DNA from: Chrysemys picta bellii
Lineage: Eukaryota
DNA length: 64,000 nucleotides
Direction of reading: 5' to 3'
Assembly (NCBI RefSeq): GCF_011386835.1
Contig: NC_088803.1
Coordinates: 29,946,001 to 30,010,000, forward strand
The translations under genes were made by a program, and so were the position numbers. Shown in pieces: positions 22,618-35,662 of this stretch. Within the stretch, counting starts at the first letter, position 1. The number at the start of each line of letters is the position of its first letter. Under the pieces are notes generated by a model. That model saw nothing but the letters and a program-made list of their open reading frames with translations. It had not been told where the DNA came from and searched no databases.

Positions 22618-25600
22618 AATGTGTAGGTAAATGTAGACAAAGAAACAGGAGAAAGGGTGAGAAACAATTACTGTTTAATTAAATCCTATTAACCTCTTGA
22701 TATTCCATCCAGTCCTTAAACTTTGCCCAAACAGGCTCTTCCCAAACTTTTTCACAATGTGGAACATATGTTAATAGACTGTCTTGTGGACCCAACCCTT
22801 TACATTCACTGGTCTCTCAGATCATCTCCATGGCGACATTTCCTTACATGGAGCAGTCAGATTAGGGCAGTGTTTAATGGACGTTTAACACTTCAGGGCA
22901 GTAAGACTTGTCCTTTGTGAATAATGTTAACCCTGGAAGCCAGTGTCTGTTTTTGCTCCCCTCCCATATATTCTGTTACTCTTACCTGGAAACCCTGCAA
23001 CATGTAACCAGCCGGCTCCCTGTGGATCACTAGCAAGTGCTCCATGAACCCCGGCTTGGGAACCTCTGGCCTTAATTAACTTACAGTTGACCCCAGATCT
23101 CATCCGCTTGGGCATATGGCACCTGGTTACATACACCTCACTCCACAGCCTGGCTAGGTTTGTGCCATGATCTGTGGTGCAGGCAAATACACCCATAAGT
23201 AAGAGAGCAAGGAGGGAGAGAAGTGGCATGGCATCTGGAAGTGGGATACTGCCTGAAACTGGAGCCCACGCTCATGAGAACTGAGGCACTTGCAAGGAGG
23301 CGCCGTGCAGTCTGGGGTGGGCAGAGGGAGAGTGTCACCGCTCTACACTGACTGAGGGGCAGGACAATTGTCACGACACACAAACCGGCTTGATGTTCAA
23401 GGCGTTTTGCAGCACATTTGGGATGGAAAAATGTGCAAACGTGGCTTCCGAAAACAGCCCTTCCTTGGGGATTCAGTGGGGTGGATTGGGGAAGGGCGGC
23501 GGGGGGGCGGACAGATCACTGCAAACAAAATTGGGAGTTTGGAGGAGAAATTCTGCCAAACAAAAACTGCCTTTCCCACCCCAGCTTCACAGCCGAGACG
23601 AATTGTCATGGAGCTGCCAGCCGGGCTCAGGCGCACTGAGCTGACAGCTCCAGTGAGTGACAAAGAGCGGGGTGCCATGGTGACAACGTCCTCAGCACGA
23701 CTCTTCGCCCAGAGAATCTCGCGCACACACAAAAGGCTTTTTGGCTGAGGGGCCTCTTCCAAGCCCCCATTCTCCTCAAGCTGCTCCTTTCCCCACGGGT
23801 GGGGGAGGGGTTATATAATCCCAAGCTTTCTCAGGGTGAAGGGCTGAGTTCTGCTGGGGATGGCCCAGCTCCTTGCCAGTCGAGTACAGCAAGATTTCCT
23901 CACTACTCTCCTCTTTGAGAGACAGGCACAGACTTTCAGGACTCGCTCAGACCTGCGTTTCCACTCGTAGCTTTTTGTGCAGGGCACACTTGATGCTGGA
24001 CTTTGTGCTCACACTGGGGTCTGGATTCTGCTCACAGCTGTGGTGGTGTAAATCTAGAGCAACTCCAGTAAGAAGAATGGGGTTACTCCTGGTTTATGTT
24101 GGTGTAACTGAGAGCAGGGTCTGGCCTTTCAAGTTCTGGCATAGAGGAAAGTCTTTCTCTAGAGGAGAGACAGACAGACAGGAGAGGAAAGGAAAATGGA
24201 AGTGGCTGGGTCTTTGTGCTCACTGCTTCTCCCTCCCGTGCACCTCCATCTGAGGAGGCCTCCGTCATGGGGGGAAAATTTAGCTTAATTCTCATTTGTC
24301 TTGACAGCACCTGCAGTCACGTGTGGACCTGGTTTTATGCCTTACATTAAACCCTGTGAGATGCAGCCCTGAAACATGGGGTTACAGTTAGGATTGCTGG
24401 AGTGGGAGGACGGGAATCCATAAAACAAACTTATCCAGCCCTTCCAGGAACACAACGGCTGATCAGAATCAACCCATACATAAGCCTCGCCCACCCAGGA
24501 GCAGAACTGAACCAAGAAAAACCAAACTGCCCCTTGGGAACAGACTCACTACCCCTGGAATCTGGGACTCCTGGAACGGAGAGTTCCGCTTCGGCAGGGT
24601 CCAAGTCTGGGCCTCTAGCTGCTCCTGTCCTGGGTCTGCTACAACTGCTCCTGAGAAATAAAAATCTATGTGCTGAGGCTGGTAGGATCCTAGCAGATGG
24701 GGAAGGTCTGTTTGATCATCAAGGTAATGCCTTTGCAAAACCAGGGGATTGTCTGACTACACCCATGCCACAGTCTGACCAGGATGGCCGCGCCTATGTT
24801 CCTAGGCTGCCATGCCAGTGACCATGGTTGTGTGAGCAGCAGCTCTGCCTTGACAAGCTTGTTTACAGGAGGTCTGTCCTGTCATGGGATTCTGGCTCCA
24901 CAGGTAGTCTGGTTCCCTGGACTGCCCAGGCAGGGAGTGTGTGTACTGCTTGAATTACTTGCTGTTACAATAAGTCCTTGAGAGCTCTGATTTATTTATG
25001 ACTCTGATTGCACTACTCTCTGCAGAGATGAGCAAACTGGCTTTTAAAGTGAAGAGAAATCAGAGAGTCCATTGGTAACTTCCCCCACTCGACTCAGACA
25101 CTTCCTATTCAAGGCAGGCATTAGCGAGATAGGATCTGTACTTTGGACATGCTTTCTGATTTCCAGCAATGGAATCATTATTGATGTGTCTGAGCTAGTA
25201 TCAAAAGCCAAACAGGAAGATGGGCCCAAAGGAGAACCCTGCCCGGGACCCAGCTACTCCTTTCTGAGCTCTGCAGAGGCTCGGATCCAGACCTGACCCA
25301 CACAACTTTGGATCTGAGTGTAATCCTAGCAGCTCCAGGACCTCACTATAGTTTGCCCAGGAAAACAAAGCACATGTCGATTCAATTGTTTCCTGCCTAT
25401 GAGGCAGGTGTAGATCCTGGAAATGCAGAATGACCCCTGGTGGAGGGATTGTTACATAGACAGGGCTCTGTCCCGCTTTTAAAATATGTAACTTGTTCTC
25501 CTTCTGAATCCTTATTGATACTCAGACAGTGACTCATCAGATGGAAAGCAACAGGAAGGCACTGAAGCAAGAGAGAGAAGCAGCCCAGCGGGCGACAGAG

Positions 25601-26779
25601 GACAGAGCAAGGGAGAGAAAAACACATGTATACACGGGACAGACTCACAAAGAGTAATTCCCAGTCAGCCTTATTACCCTGGGAGATGCATGCACTCTGC
25701 TCCTGCTGAATGAACTGGGAGGTACTTGCATGAATCTCCCAGTATGATCGGACTTTGTTAACTTTAGCATTTCATAGCAGGCACATTTGGTTTTCTTAGA
25801 TGCCCGTAAATGCAAAGTACAATCATGGCAGTGCCATAGAAGAGAGGCCCCAAGGTGGAGAGACAGAGATGGAAATTGGGCACAGCTCAGAGGAGGGCTG
25901 CACAGTTGTGACTCCCTGATACTGGTGGCCCAGTTCTCTTGGCCCCAGTGTACAGCAGAGCAGCACGGGGGCTGCTTTACACAATGCCAGCAGGCCCATG
26001 GCCCTGAAGGGACTCTACGCAGTTGAGAAGAGGCAGAATGCAATTGCAGTGAGCTCAGGTCCCTTCCCACATGACCCCTGCAGAAGGGGGTGGCATAGGA
26101 GCTGGTAGTACTAACTGGCTCCACAGTAGCTGAGGAGATCCAGTTGCTTTCCAGCTCCTTTGTACCACTAGGGCAGTGTAATGAGGCCAGCTCACAAGAG
26201 AGAATCTGGCCCAGAGGGTCAGAGAGAAAGACCCATCTATCCAGAGCAGAAAGGGACACACGCAGACAGAGAGGAATATGCATGCTGAGAGCAGAGGTAG
26301 AATTACATGAGGTAATTGCAGAAACCACAAACATGCCCATAAAGGGTGTGCGCAGCACCTTGGACCAGCCACCTCCCAAATAGTGCAGAATGGTGCAGGC
26401 ACAAGCAGCCCAGTGCTCACGGCTGTTAGAAGGTGAAAGGGAAGACAGCTTGTACCACCATCTAGGAGACCAGTTCAAGGGACACAGCAGCAACATGGAA
26501 CATAACGAGCTGGAACCAGGCCAGCCTGTGACCAGCAGCAGGGAGTGGTGAATAGCAGGCTCGGAATCCATCCCTGCTGGTAACTGCATTGGTCAGGAGG
26601 CAGCATGGCCTAGTGGTAGCAGTCAGGAAGAGATTGAGAGCAGCTCAACTGCACAGTGAGCTGCATCAAAGTGACATGTAAGTGCAACTTATGTGTACTG
26701 CAACTGTGAGCCTGGCAAAACAGCCATAAAGGCTACTCTATCTCCAGGCGTGTCCGCCTTGGAGACCTCCCGGAGGCTC

Positions 26780-27320
26780 CATAAGAATGGCCACATTCAC
26801 AATGTTTCATCTAGCCCAGCATCCCATCTCTGACAGTAGCCAGTGCCAGGTGCTTCAGAGGGAATGAACAGCACAGGGCAATTTATCCGTGATCCATCCC
26901 CTGTCATCCAGGCCTAGCTTCTCACAGTTAGAGGCTTAGGGACATCTAGAGCATGGTGTTGTGTCCCTGATTGTCCTGGCTAATAGCCATTGATGGACCC
27001 ACCCATCCTCTATGAACTTATCTCGTTCCTTTTTGAACCCAGTTATACTTTTGACCTTCACAACATCCCCTGGCAATGAGTTCCACAGGTTGACTGTGCG
27101 TTGTGTGAAGAAGTACTTTCTTGTGTTTGTTTTAAACCTGCTGTCTATTCATTTCATTGGGTGACCTCTAAGTCTAGTGCTATGTGAAGGGGTAAATAAC
27201 ACTTCCTTATTCACTTTCTCCACACCAGTCATGATTTTATAGACCTCTATCATATCCCCCCTTAGTCATCTCTTTTCTAAGCAGAACAGTCCCAGTCTTT
27301 TTTAATTTCTCATCATATAG
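26780..27320 (-). mobile_element. CR1 3' fragment
   Basis: Same CR1 3'UTR and ORF2-end sequence as 2682-3200. Confidence 0.9.
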
Positions 27321-28471
27321 AAGGCCCTGGGATGTTATATCTACTGCCTGGGCCTCTGATCCCCCTGTGGCTTCCACTGTCCAGGGGCACTAGGCTCCCA
27401 TAGTTATAGCATCTAACGTAAAGTGTCCCCAGCTACTTCATTTCCATCCTGTCTGCAATGCACACACTGCTGGGGCAAACATGCAGTGCTGGCCTGGATG
27501 CTGTGGCCACAACCACTTTTCCATGCGTGTGCCCCTTCTGTGGGCAGCTACCATGCATATTGCACTGATACTGTCTGTGCCCGGGGGTGCAATGCAGCGT
27601 CCCCTGTTGTCTGCAACTTGTTACCATTTGCAGAGGATTCTGTGTAAGATACACATTTTTCCCATGTACCAGCCAGGATGCTGGGGTCCCAGAAACACCC
27701 ACACATACAGAGAGCACCAAGGAGGAAACATTCCCAAATAGAGGTCCTGGCCACGCTAAGGCTGAAACCGTGATAGCAAAGTGCATTTCGAACTTGGTTT
27801 CACTGACCCGGGGGGACAGAGTTTTTTTTGTTGATGGCTGAAAACGCCATTTTAACTATGGAACAGAACAATGCTATTGACTTCCTGGGGAAAGGGAGTG
27901 TCTAGAGCACAGTTATTGCTAGCCTAGTTTCCACCATAGTAGGAAAAGGGCACGAGAGAAAAAATATACATAAAAATACACATAGATCCCATTCTCCTAC
28001 ACACACAGCATGGAACATACAGATCTCTCTGTGTCCCTTATACACACACAGCATGGAACATAAATTGCTCTCTCTCTCTCTCACACACACACAAAACCTA
28101 ATCCCTTTCTGCTGGTATGCCAGAGAAAGCTATTTCTGGAACGTGAAATCTAGGTCAACAAGAAGAAGAAAATCTGAAGGGAAAAATAATTTCTCCCTTT
28201 GAAGGCTGGCCTGGGTCAGCTCTGGTTGATATATGAGTAGTAATGGGGCTGCTATGGTCTCTGCTCCTAAGGTTCAGTCTTTCACCTACAGCCTCTGAAC
28301 TGTGCTCTCTGATGAGTTTGCTCAGTACAGCTGCTTTTCAGTTTTGATTCCTCAAATGCAAGGGATGAGGGGACCCCATTATATACCCAGACAGGCCAGG
28401 AAGGGAAGATCCCTTAATTCTGCCTCCTGTCACCTCATGGATGCTTAGCAGGCCCCTACATAGCCCAGTGC

Positions 28472-29207
28472 TTCTGGAGCAGGGTCCCAAGCACAGACTG
28501 ATGGGATCACATCTTCATGTGGACCTGGGATGACCAGCAGTAGGTCCAGGAAGGAACTTTCACATGAAGAAAGCTACATTTCTGGAGCTTTATGAGAGCT
28601 TGCTCAGAGCCCCCAGCGTCATGACACACGCATGAGGGTGGCCTGGCCCATTCAGAAGCGTGTTGCTATAACAATCTCTGGAACAATTACCCTAGACTGC
28701 TACAGATCCATTGCTAACCAGTTAGGTGCTGGAAAGTCGACTGTGGGTAAAGTGGTGGCGGAGGTTTTAGAGGCATTCAGGCATGTGATTTACCCAGAGT
28801 TGACTGGTATAATCAATATCCTTGAAGTAACTGCTGGTTTTGAGAGAATGGGGTTTCCAAGCTGTGCCAGGCCCATTGTTGTCATGTGCCTATCACTTGC
28901 CCTTCTCAAGGAGCACATACACCACAAAGGGCACTACTCCGTTAGCACGCAGGCTCTGGTGGACCACAGAGGACAACTTACGGACACCAGGATGGGCTAT
29001 ACTGGAAAAGTTCATGATGCCAGGGTTTCCCGCCAGTCGGGAGTCTACCTTCATGGACCAAGCCAGGACATTATTCCCACCAAATGATGTTGCCATAAAT
29101 AGAATTACCTCACTGTTATTCTAGGAGACCCCTCCTTTTGGCTAGGCTTTCAAGCTGTAACCCAGAAGGCCTGGCAAAAGCAGGTTTAATTACTCTCAGT
29201 AGGTGTA
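28472..29207 (+). pseudogene. Decayed PIF/Harbinger transposase (HARBI1/DDE_Tnp_4-like)
   Basis: FWSR..STD.WDHI..WDD, then KRVAI...DCYRSIANQLGAGKSTVG...GFPSC...KGHYS...QALVDHRG...GKVHDARV...ILGDP...FNY.LSRC across frameshifts. The first catalytic Asp (the D of AIDG) reads Val. Confidence 0.9.
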
Positions 29208-30384
29208 TTTGCCATAGTCCGTCGGTGGCTTTTACTCCTGTGGCAGGACGGCTGAAGGCATGTGTGTTTCCTTTTTGTCACAGGGCTGGGAGTTCTGAGA
29301 GCGGGCAGGTGGGAAGTTCCCTTTGTCCATGGTCTTTGTGCTGTTTCAGGTGTTTGATGAGGAGATGGAGTTCATGGAGCTGGGATCTCACCTTGTCAGG
29401 TAACTGTCAAAGAAAAACTTCCTCCGCCCCCCCGGACAGAAACATTCGGCAGCCCTCTCTGAACATGGCTCTCTCTGCTGTTCAGCAGAGGAATATTGGG
29501 CATGCAGTTACCCAGCTTTGCTTCTAATGAGAGGGAACTAGGGCGGGGGATGAGAGGGAGCCCTTTGTTACAGCAAAGGCTCCAGAATGCCTGTCGCAAT
29601 TAGCTGAATAGCTTTCACCAGGGCTTTGTTCGTCTCATGCTTTGCAAGGCACAGAGACTCTGTTTGAGGCTAGATCAAGGGCAGCTCATCCTCTGTCTTG
29701 CTGGCTGTGAAATGTGAGCTAATTGCCATGTAATGTGCAACTGACACATGCATTTGCAGGAGGAACGGGAGTGGTACGGCTGATCAAAGGTGTGATGGCT
29801 GCCAAACCTCACCCCCAACACACACACACACACACCCATGCACACACCTACCCAACAGGTGGAAAGCTGTGAGTACTCCAGGAAATCAGGAAGGAGGGAG
29901 GGCACGCGGGCTTTAATCAGCTGGGGCCTGAGTCTCAGTGATGCTGTTTAATTTTAAAGCTTGGCTCCCCCACATCACTTATATTCCCTGATCTCCCTCT
30001 TTCCCAAATCACCCCGAATCACAGAACCAAGGGCCTCGAGCCAGAGGTTTGAGTGCATGGGCGTCTTCATAGCCATCCCTGATACAGCTCTGCTGATGTA
30101 CACAACACTTCACAGCACATCCACACAGACAGGAGGCCTGCTTCTCCTCCCACCTACACTGATGCAAAGCAGGACCATTCCTGGACTCATATCAGTGTCG
30201 CACTGGCCCAAGTGAGAGGAGATTTAGGCTCACTCAAACAGTCTAACTCAGCCCAGCAGTGTACACAGATGACAGGTAAGGCTGGCTCAGCATGGCGTAG
30301 ACACTGTGCCTGACTCTGAATCCTACACACTAGTTTTAGGCACTGATTTAGATCGATACAACCAGGTTAAGAGGAACCTGTCCA

Positions 30385-30619
30385 CAGCGGCGGCTCCAGG
30401 CAGCAGCACAGCAAGCGCGTGCCTGGGGCAGCAAGCCGCGGAGGGCGGCCTGCCGGTCGCTGTGAGGGCGGCAGTGTGGCTGCCTTCAGCGGCACGCCTA
30501 TGGAAGGTCCTCCCGCAGGCAGGCCACCTCGACGTGACCAGCGGACCGTCCACAGGGGCGCCGCCAAAAGCCGCCTGACTGCCGTGCTTGGGGCAGCAAA
30601 AAACATAGAGTCGCCCCTG
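30385..30619 (-). mobile_element. GC-rich hAT-type MITE, same family as 18041-18331, inverted
   Basis: TIRs CAGCGGCGGCTCCA / TAGAGTCGCCCCTG; TSD CCTGTCCA / CCTGTGCA. Confidence 0.88.
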
Positions 30620-32229
30620 CCTGTGCAAGGCTCTAGGTGCCTCTGCCAGCAGACATAGAAACAAAGCCAATTAATCCAGGGGACCCAGTGCAAACCCTAC
30701 CACTGGGAAGCACTGCTGTAATGCCCCACAGATGTCAGTGGAGTTAGTCCTGATATACCGCAGTGCTGAGACCAGCGTCAGGCTCGCTCTGGGGGAGGAG
30801 ATGGGTGTTGACGGGTTTGAAGGAGGAGAGGCAGCAGGCTGGGCTCACAGGGAGCGGCAAGCTCCGGGCATACAGGGGGGGCATGAGAGAAGGTGGGAAG
30901 CTGAGAAGGCAATAACGAAAGGGGAGCAATCAGGAGAGCGGATGCAGAAACAAGCAGGGCTGGGGGAGGGGTGCAGGCAGGACTGGAGATGTGCAGGGCC
31001 TGGAAGGGGAGCATGCGGCGTGGGAAGCCAAGCAGCCCCATAACCTTCCTCTGTTTATCCCACCCTCCCTCTATCCCACCATCCCTGTTATCTCTTCCAG
31101 GGCCCTGTCTCGCCTTGATCAGTATTGCCTGTAATCTCTTCGGAGCAGGGACTGTGTCATTACTTGCTAGGGGAAGTGTTGCATGCAGCTGCGGAGCGAT
31201 AGACAAGCGAAGAAGAAGAGAAGCAGGAAAGGGTCGATGCGCGTGTCTCCCTGGGCTAGTGGGCCTGGCAGCAGCCAGCCTCGCCCATCACCAATGTTAC
31301 TAGGCTGCCCTTCAAGTTCCTCATTAGCAGAAGGGATTGTTGCTGCCTCTCTGTGTTACCATAGTTTGGCATATGTTAATGGAGGGGTCTGGCATTGCTG
31401 GCTGTTCTTAGTGTTACTGCAGGATCCCGGAGCTGGAATTACTGTATGCTCCTGCATGGTCCCAGCACTGCTGTAGGTTCCTGGCAATACTGCAATCTTC
31501 TGGGTGCTCCTGCATGCTACAGGACCCTGGCTGGCATGACTGCAGGCCTCGGGGATTACCACGTCCCAAGTGCCAGTGCTAGGCCCTCTGGTTACTTCAG
31601 GCTCCTGATCCTGCTGTATATGGTCAGGTGCTGTTAGTATCTAGGAATTTCATTCCCTACCCTGGGTTCTCAAAAGTCTTCCTTGCATGCCCAGAGCATG
31701 TGCTGTGGCCACCTCTCGGGAGGACCGGAACTAGCATCCCAGCACAGCCCACTCTCTCCTTTCTGCAAGGCCAAGCAGTGGCTGTTGCTATTTCCCACTG
31801 CCAAAGCGACAAGCCAAATCTAGAAACTGAAAAGCCACAAAATCCGGAGCTTCCGTCTGCAGACCACGCCGCTGTCTGCCATCCCAAACATCGTGACGCA
31901 CCATGAACTTTGCAAGGCAATGGAGAATGACAACAGCAAGTGTGCTGGGGGGTGGGGGTGGGGGGGCAAAGGAACCATTCAGACCCAAACCGACTGTACT
32001 CTCCAGTTACCCAGGAACAGCTGAGAGACACAACTGAGATGCCATCGCGTCAAGGGATTTAAAGATATACACATACTTTTGGGTGTTCCGAAGGAAGTTG
32101 AGATAAAGGTACCAAACTAACCCCTACCACCCTCAACCCCCTTGCAAACTAAAACTTGACATTGTTGGTACACACACAGGTGTAGCTACAGCCTATCTCT
32201 GTGGCCACGCCGCCTTGAGGAGTGCTTGT

Positions 32230-32610
32230 CATAAGCTAAAAGCGTCAAGATCAGTTACAATCGGAATGGGAGACCTCCTAGCTATACCTAGCAGCTGGTG
32301 GTCTGTCATGCAATAAGCATCCTTCCCACAGAGTCAGTACTGAATGAATCATCATTCCCCAGCGCGGTGCTGGCGGGACTGACTGACAGGCAGGCTGCCT
32401 TTTGGATGAAATGTAAAACTGATGCCCTGGTCACTTCCACCTCACCTTGGTAGGGCGCCCATCACCCCAGAATCGAAGAGCACTCGTAATCATTAAACAT
32501 GCCATTACACTTTTTGCAAGACTGCGCTTCCTGCTGATCTGGCCCAATTCCAACTTGGCTCATAGCATTCCACCTACCTAAATTCCCACTGTGTTTTCAA
32601 CTGCCTAGAA
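32230..32610 (+). mobile_element. AmnSINE1-like (5S head plus Deu core) relic
   Basis: AAGCTAA...ATGGGAGACCTCC head; CTTCCCACAGAGTCAGTACTGAA; CTTTGGATGAAATGTAAAAC; ATCATTAAACATGCCAT; CCTACCTAAATTCCC all match the AmnSINE1 consensus as recalled. Confidence 0.7.
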
Positions 32611-33564
32611 TGTTCCTCACTTCTTGCCCTGCATTATTGGTTTCAGTATTCTTCACTTCCTGTCCTAAATTGTCCCAAAGAGTTGCTGTGCAGTGTTAAC
32701 AGCTGCTGGGTCTCACCTCAGAGGTGGCTGCCTTTCAGTGATAAGTGAGGCCATTCCTGTATGTAAAATATACCAAGCCCTTTGGGAGGAAAATTGCCAT
32801 CCAAGTGCAGCACAGTCTGAGCATCACAGTCACCTCCTGTGGACTGCCCGACAACAGAACCATTATTATTACAATCTTCCTGGAATACCTGAGCATTGCC
32901 TTTTGCTAATCACATCCCAGATCAGAAGTACGTCAGGTCTCTCACTTATGCCAGGGTAATGGAGCTACTCCTGATTTACACCAAATATACTCATAGAGAC
33001 GGGTCTGTCTGGAACCAATAATGCTGCATCCAAGAGCAGTAAAGATGAGCAGGGGAATCTGGATCTGAACGTATTATTTGCTAAGTGACGATGAGGAGCC
33101 AAATTCACAGGGCATTGGGAGTCTGAAGTTTGGGTTGCTTCATTGTTACCTTGAAGTTTGGAGTTAGATCTGGCTCCCATCTGACCCCAAATTCAGGGAT
33201 GTTTGGATCTGGGGCTTTGGTTCCAGCCCATCACTACTGGATAATATATAAAATAACACTGAGTATGTAGGATGTCTATAGGCAAAGTACACCACAGACA
33301 TGAAGGAACTGGTGCCTGTTCAGCCAGTAGATAAATTCCCTGCTGTCTGGTGGTTAAAGTGACTTTGAAAGAGGACTAACAAGCCTCAAAGGTACATAAG
33401 GCCCTAACTTCCATTGATCTGGGCCTAAGCTATCACCAGCCACACCCACCTCTCTTCCTCTAATCTTTCACCTGCTTCTCTGCCTCTTCACTCTGCCAGC
33501 TCCCCACAGCCTGAGATATGCAAAATGTTCACAACAAACTGGGAAGTTTGCCTGCATTTAGTCT

Positions 33565-33770
33565 ACTAGACTCATAGAATTCAAGGCCAGAAGGGACCAA
33601 TATGATCATCTAGTTCTAGTCTGACCTTCAGCACATTGCAGGCCACAGAACCTCACCCACCCACTCCCGCAATAGATCCCTGACTTCTGTCTGAGTCACT
33701 GAAATCCTCAAATAATGATTTAAAGACTTCATATTACAGAGACTCTGCCAGTTACATTAGTTTGGGTTGT
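33565..33770 (-). mobile_element. CR1 3' end (second subfamily; also at 54700-54915)
   Basis: ACTCATAGAATTCAAGGCCAGAAGGGACCA..GATCATCTAG..TCTGACC; parallel copy at 54700. Confidence 0.8.
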
Positions 33771-33989
33771 GTTGCAAACCCTGCCCAGGCCTGCCAACTT
33801 CAAGGCCCTGAGCCCAGCAAACGCGGACTGGTTCATGTCTCTGCATAGGAATTCAAGGCTGCACTCGGAGGTTCCAGGGCTTGTTTGGCTTGAAATTCAG
33901 AGTGAGACTCAGAGGGTGCAAAGGCAGGTGATTCAAAACCTGCTGTTCCCACGATCTCCCTGTGAAGTGGAACCAATGAGTTTTGCAGG

Positions 33990-34311
33990 GCTCTCTAATG
34001 GCCTTTGTAAAAGAAGGTCAATGAATCTCAGGCCAGGGCATCGTGGGTAAGTGTCCACACTACAAAAGCCATCCTCATCTCCAATTAGTGCCAATAGGCC
34101 CCCTTGTCAGGAATGCCCTGGCTTGAATGGACCATGGAAGCTGAGCTCCCCGCCATCACTAAAGATGGTCCCTCAGGGATCATAGCTGGGGCCCATTGGT
34201 GGAGTAACATGAGGGACGCTTTCATTGCTGCTGCCCGATCTGTTGATGGATGAATACGGGGCCTGTCTGCAGGGCTGTCACTCTTTCACCTTTCACTAGC
34301 ACCATATTCAC
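33990..34311 (+). mobile_element. LF-SINE relic (second copy)
   Basis: GTGTCCACACTACAAAAGCC...AATTAGTGCCAATAGGCCCCCTTG, GATGGTCCCTC, and 3' end CACCTTTCACTAGCACCATATTCAC. Confidence 0.7.
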
Positions 34312-35415
34312 AGGAAACACTTTAACAGAGCCCCAAGTGTGACTCACACAGAGCTCCTATGGGGAGACCCCACAGGGGTTACCATGCTAGTAACAAATGC
34401 CACCTCTGTTCCTTTATCGCCCAGGAAATGGGGGTCAAACCTTCTAACCTCCACCCCCTCCATTATCCACATGCTTCTGCATCTTGTTTAAATGCCAGTT
34501 TCTTGTAGCCATGAGACCAGCTGAGATCTCATCCCCTTGGGAAAACAGACGCCCAGGGCAAAATCACTCTCACACTCTTAGTTCTCAAGGTGAATGCTCT
34601 GAGCAAGGCTTCACCCTCTGTCTGCTGCACCAAGCTGGCTCCATGAATGACAGTCGGGCACACGGGAGAGAGGAGGAGGAGGGAGATAAGGATGATGAAG
34701 GATTTAACTGGCTAGCTAGTGTATCCCAACTTGATCCATATACCAAGACATATTAGGGAATGGACCCCTCTCTCTGGTTTCAGAGTCCGATGGTATGCAA
34801 AATGGGGGTCATCCATGAAGCTCAGGTACAAGCGTCCCCAGTTATCAGCAGCGCTTGGAACATCTCTAACTTCAGCTCCTGTATCAATGGGCTCCACAAC
34901 CTCTGTCAATGGCAGGCAATTTCCCTGCGGTCCCTGGCTTAGTACAGCTGCTACTGGCTCAGCCAGAGCCTCACATGGAACAGCTGCTTCCTATGGCCCC
35001 AGTTCAATTCCCAGCTGGTGTACAGCGCATGAGGCAAACTCAGCAAGTCTGGCTGTCACGGCAAAGGCTCTGTTAGGTGGGTAAGGCCACATCGCTGTCT
35101 GGACACCTGTTGATGTAGACAGCTCAGCTGCACCAAACAAGAACATCTGGGCTAGCACACCCAGCAGCATTAAAGTAACTGACCCCAGACCCGAAAGGTC
35201 CGTATCCATTTTAACGCAGCCCCAAATAGCTAACTTTGTGCTGCCCAAAGGGGCAACGTTCCAGTAGAGTGTCAGCCGCCAGGGTCTCTAATTTCAGACA
35301 ATAGCTATTCTTGGCCCTGCAGCTCCGGTCTCATTCAGAGCCTGCTTCCCCAATCCCAACTCCCAGTGCCAAGGCTTCCCTGCCACCCCAGACCCCTCCA
35401 CCCCGGGGCACTTAC

Positions 35416-35662
35416 TGCTGTTGCTGGGGAGCGTCCTGCTGCCGCTGATGCTGCTGGCGGGAGGCGGCGAGATGGATCGGATGGAGGCCGTGTCTTCTTC
35501 CTGGGAGCAGCCTGCCTGGATGGCTCGGAGGTAGCTGTGGCTCCGGGAGCGGAAGTAGCTGGGCAGAGGCAGGTCTAGCACCTCCACAGCAGCTGATTCG
35601 GCTTCACTGTAGGCTGATTCACACACTGTCTCGTACTGGTCGCTCAGCTCTGCCTCCCTTGT
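35416..35662 (-). CDS. DLGAP4: DLGAP4 coding exon 4 (247 nt, phase 0 to 1): TREAELSDQYETVCESAYSEAES...FRSRSHSYLRAIQAGCSQEED...SRTLPSNS
   Basis: Acceptor CTCTCTTCCCCTGCAG|ACA and donor A|GTAAGT. Contains the GKAP repeat RSRSHSYLRAI. Confidence 0.96.
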
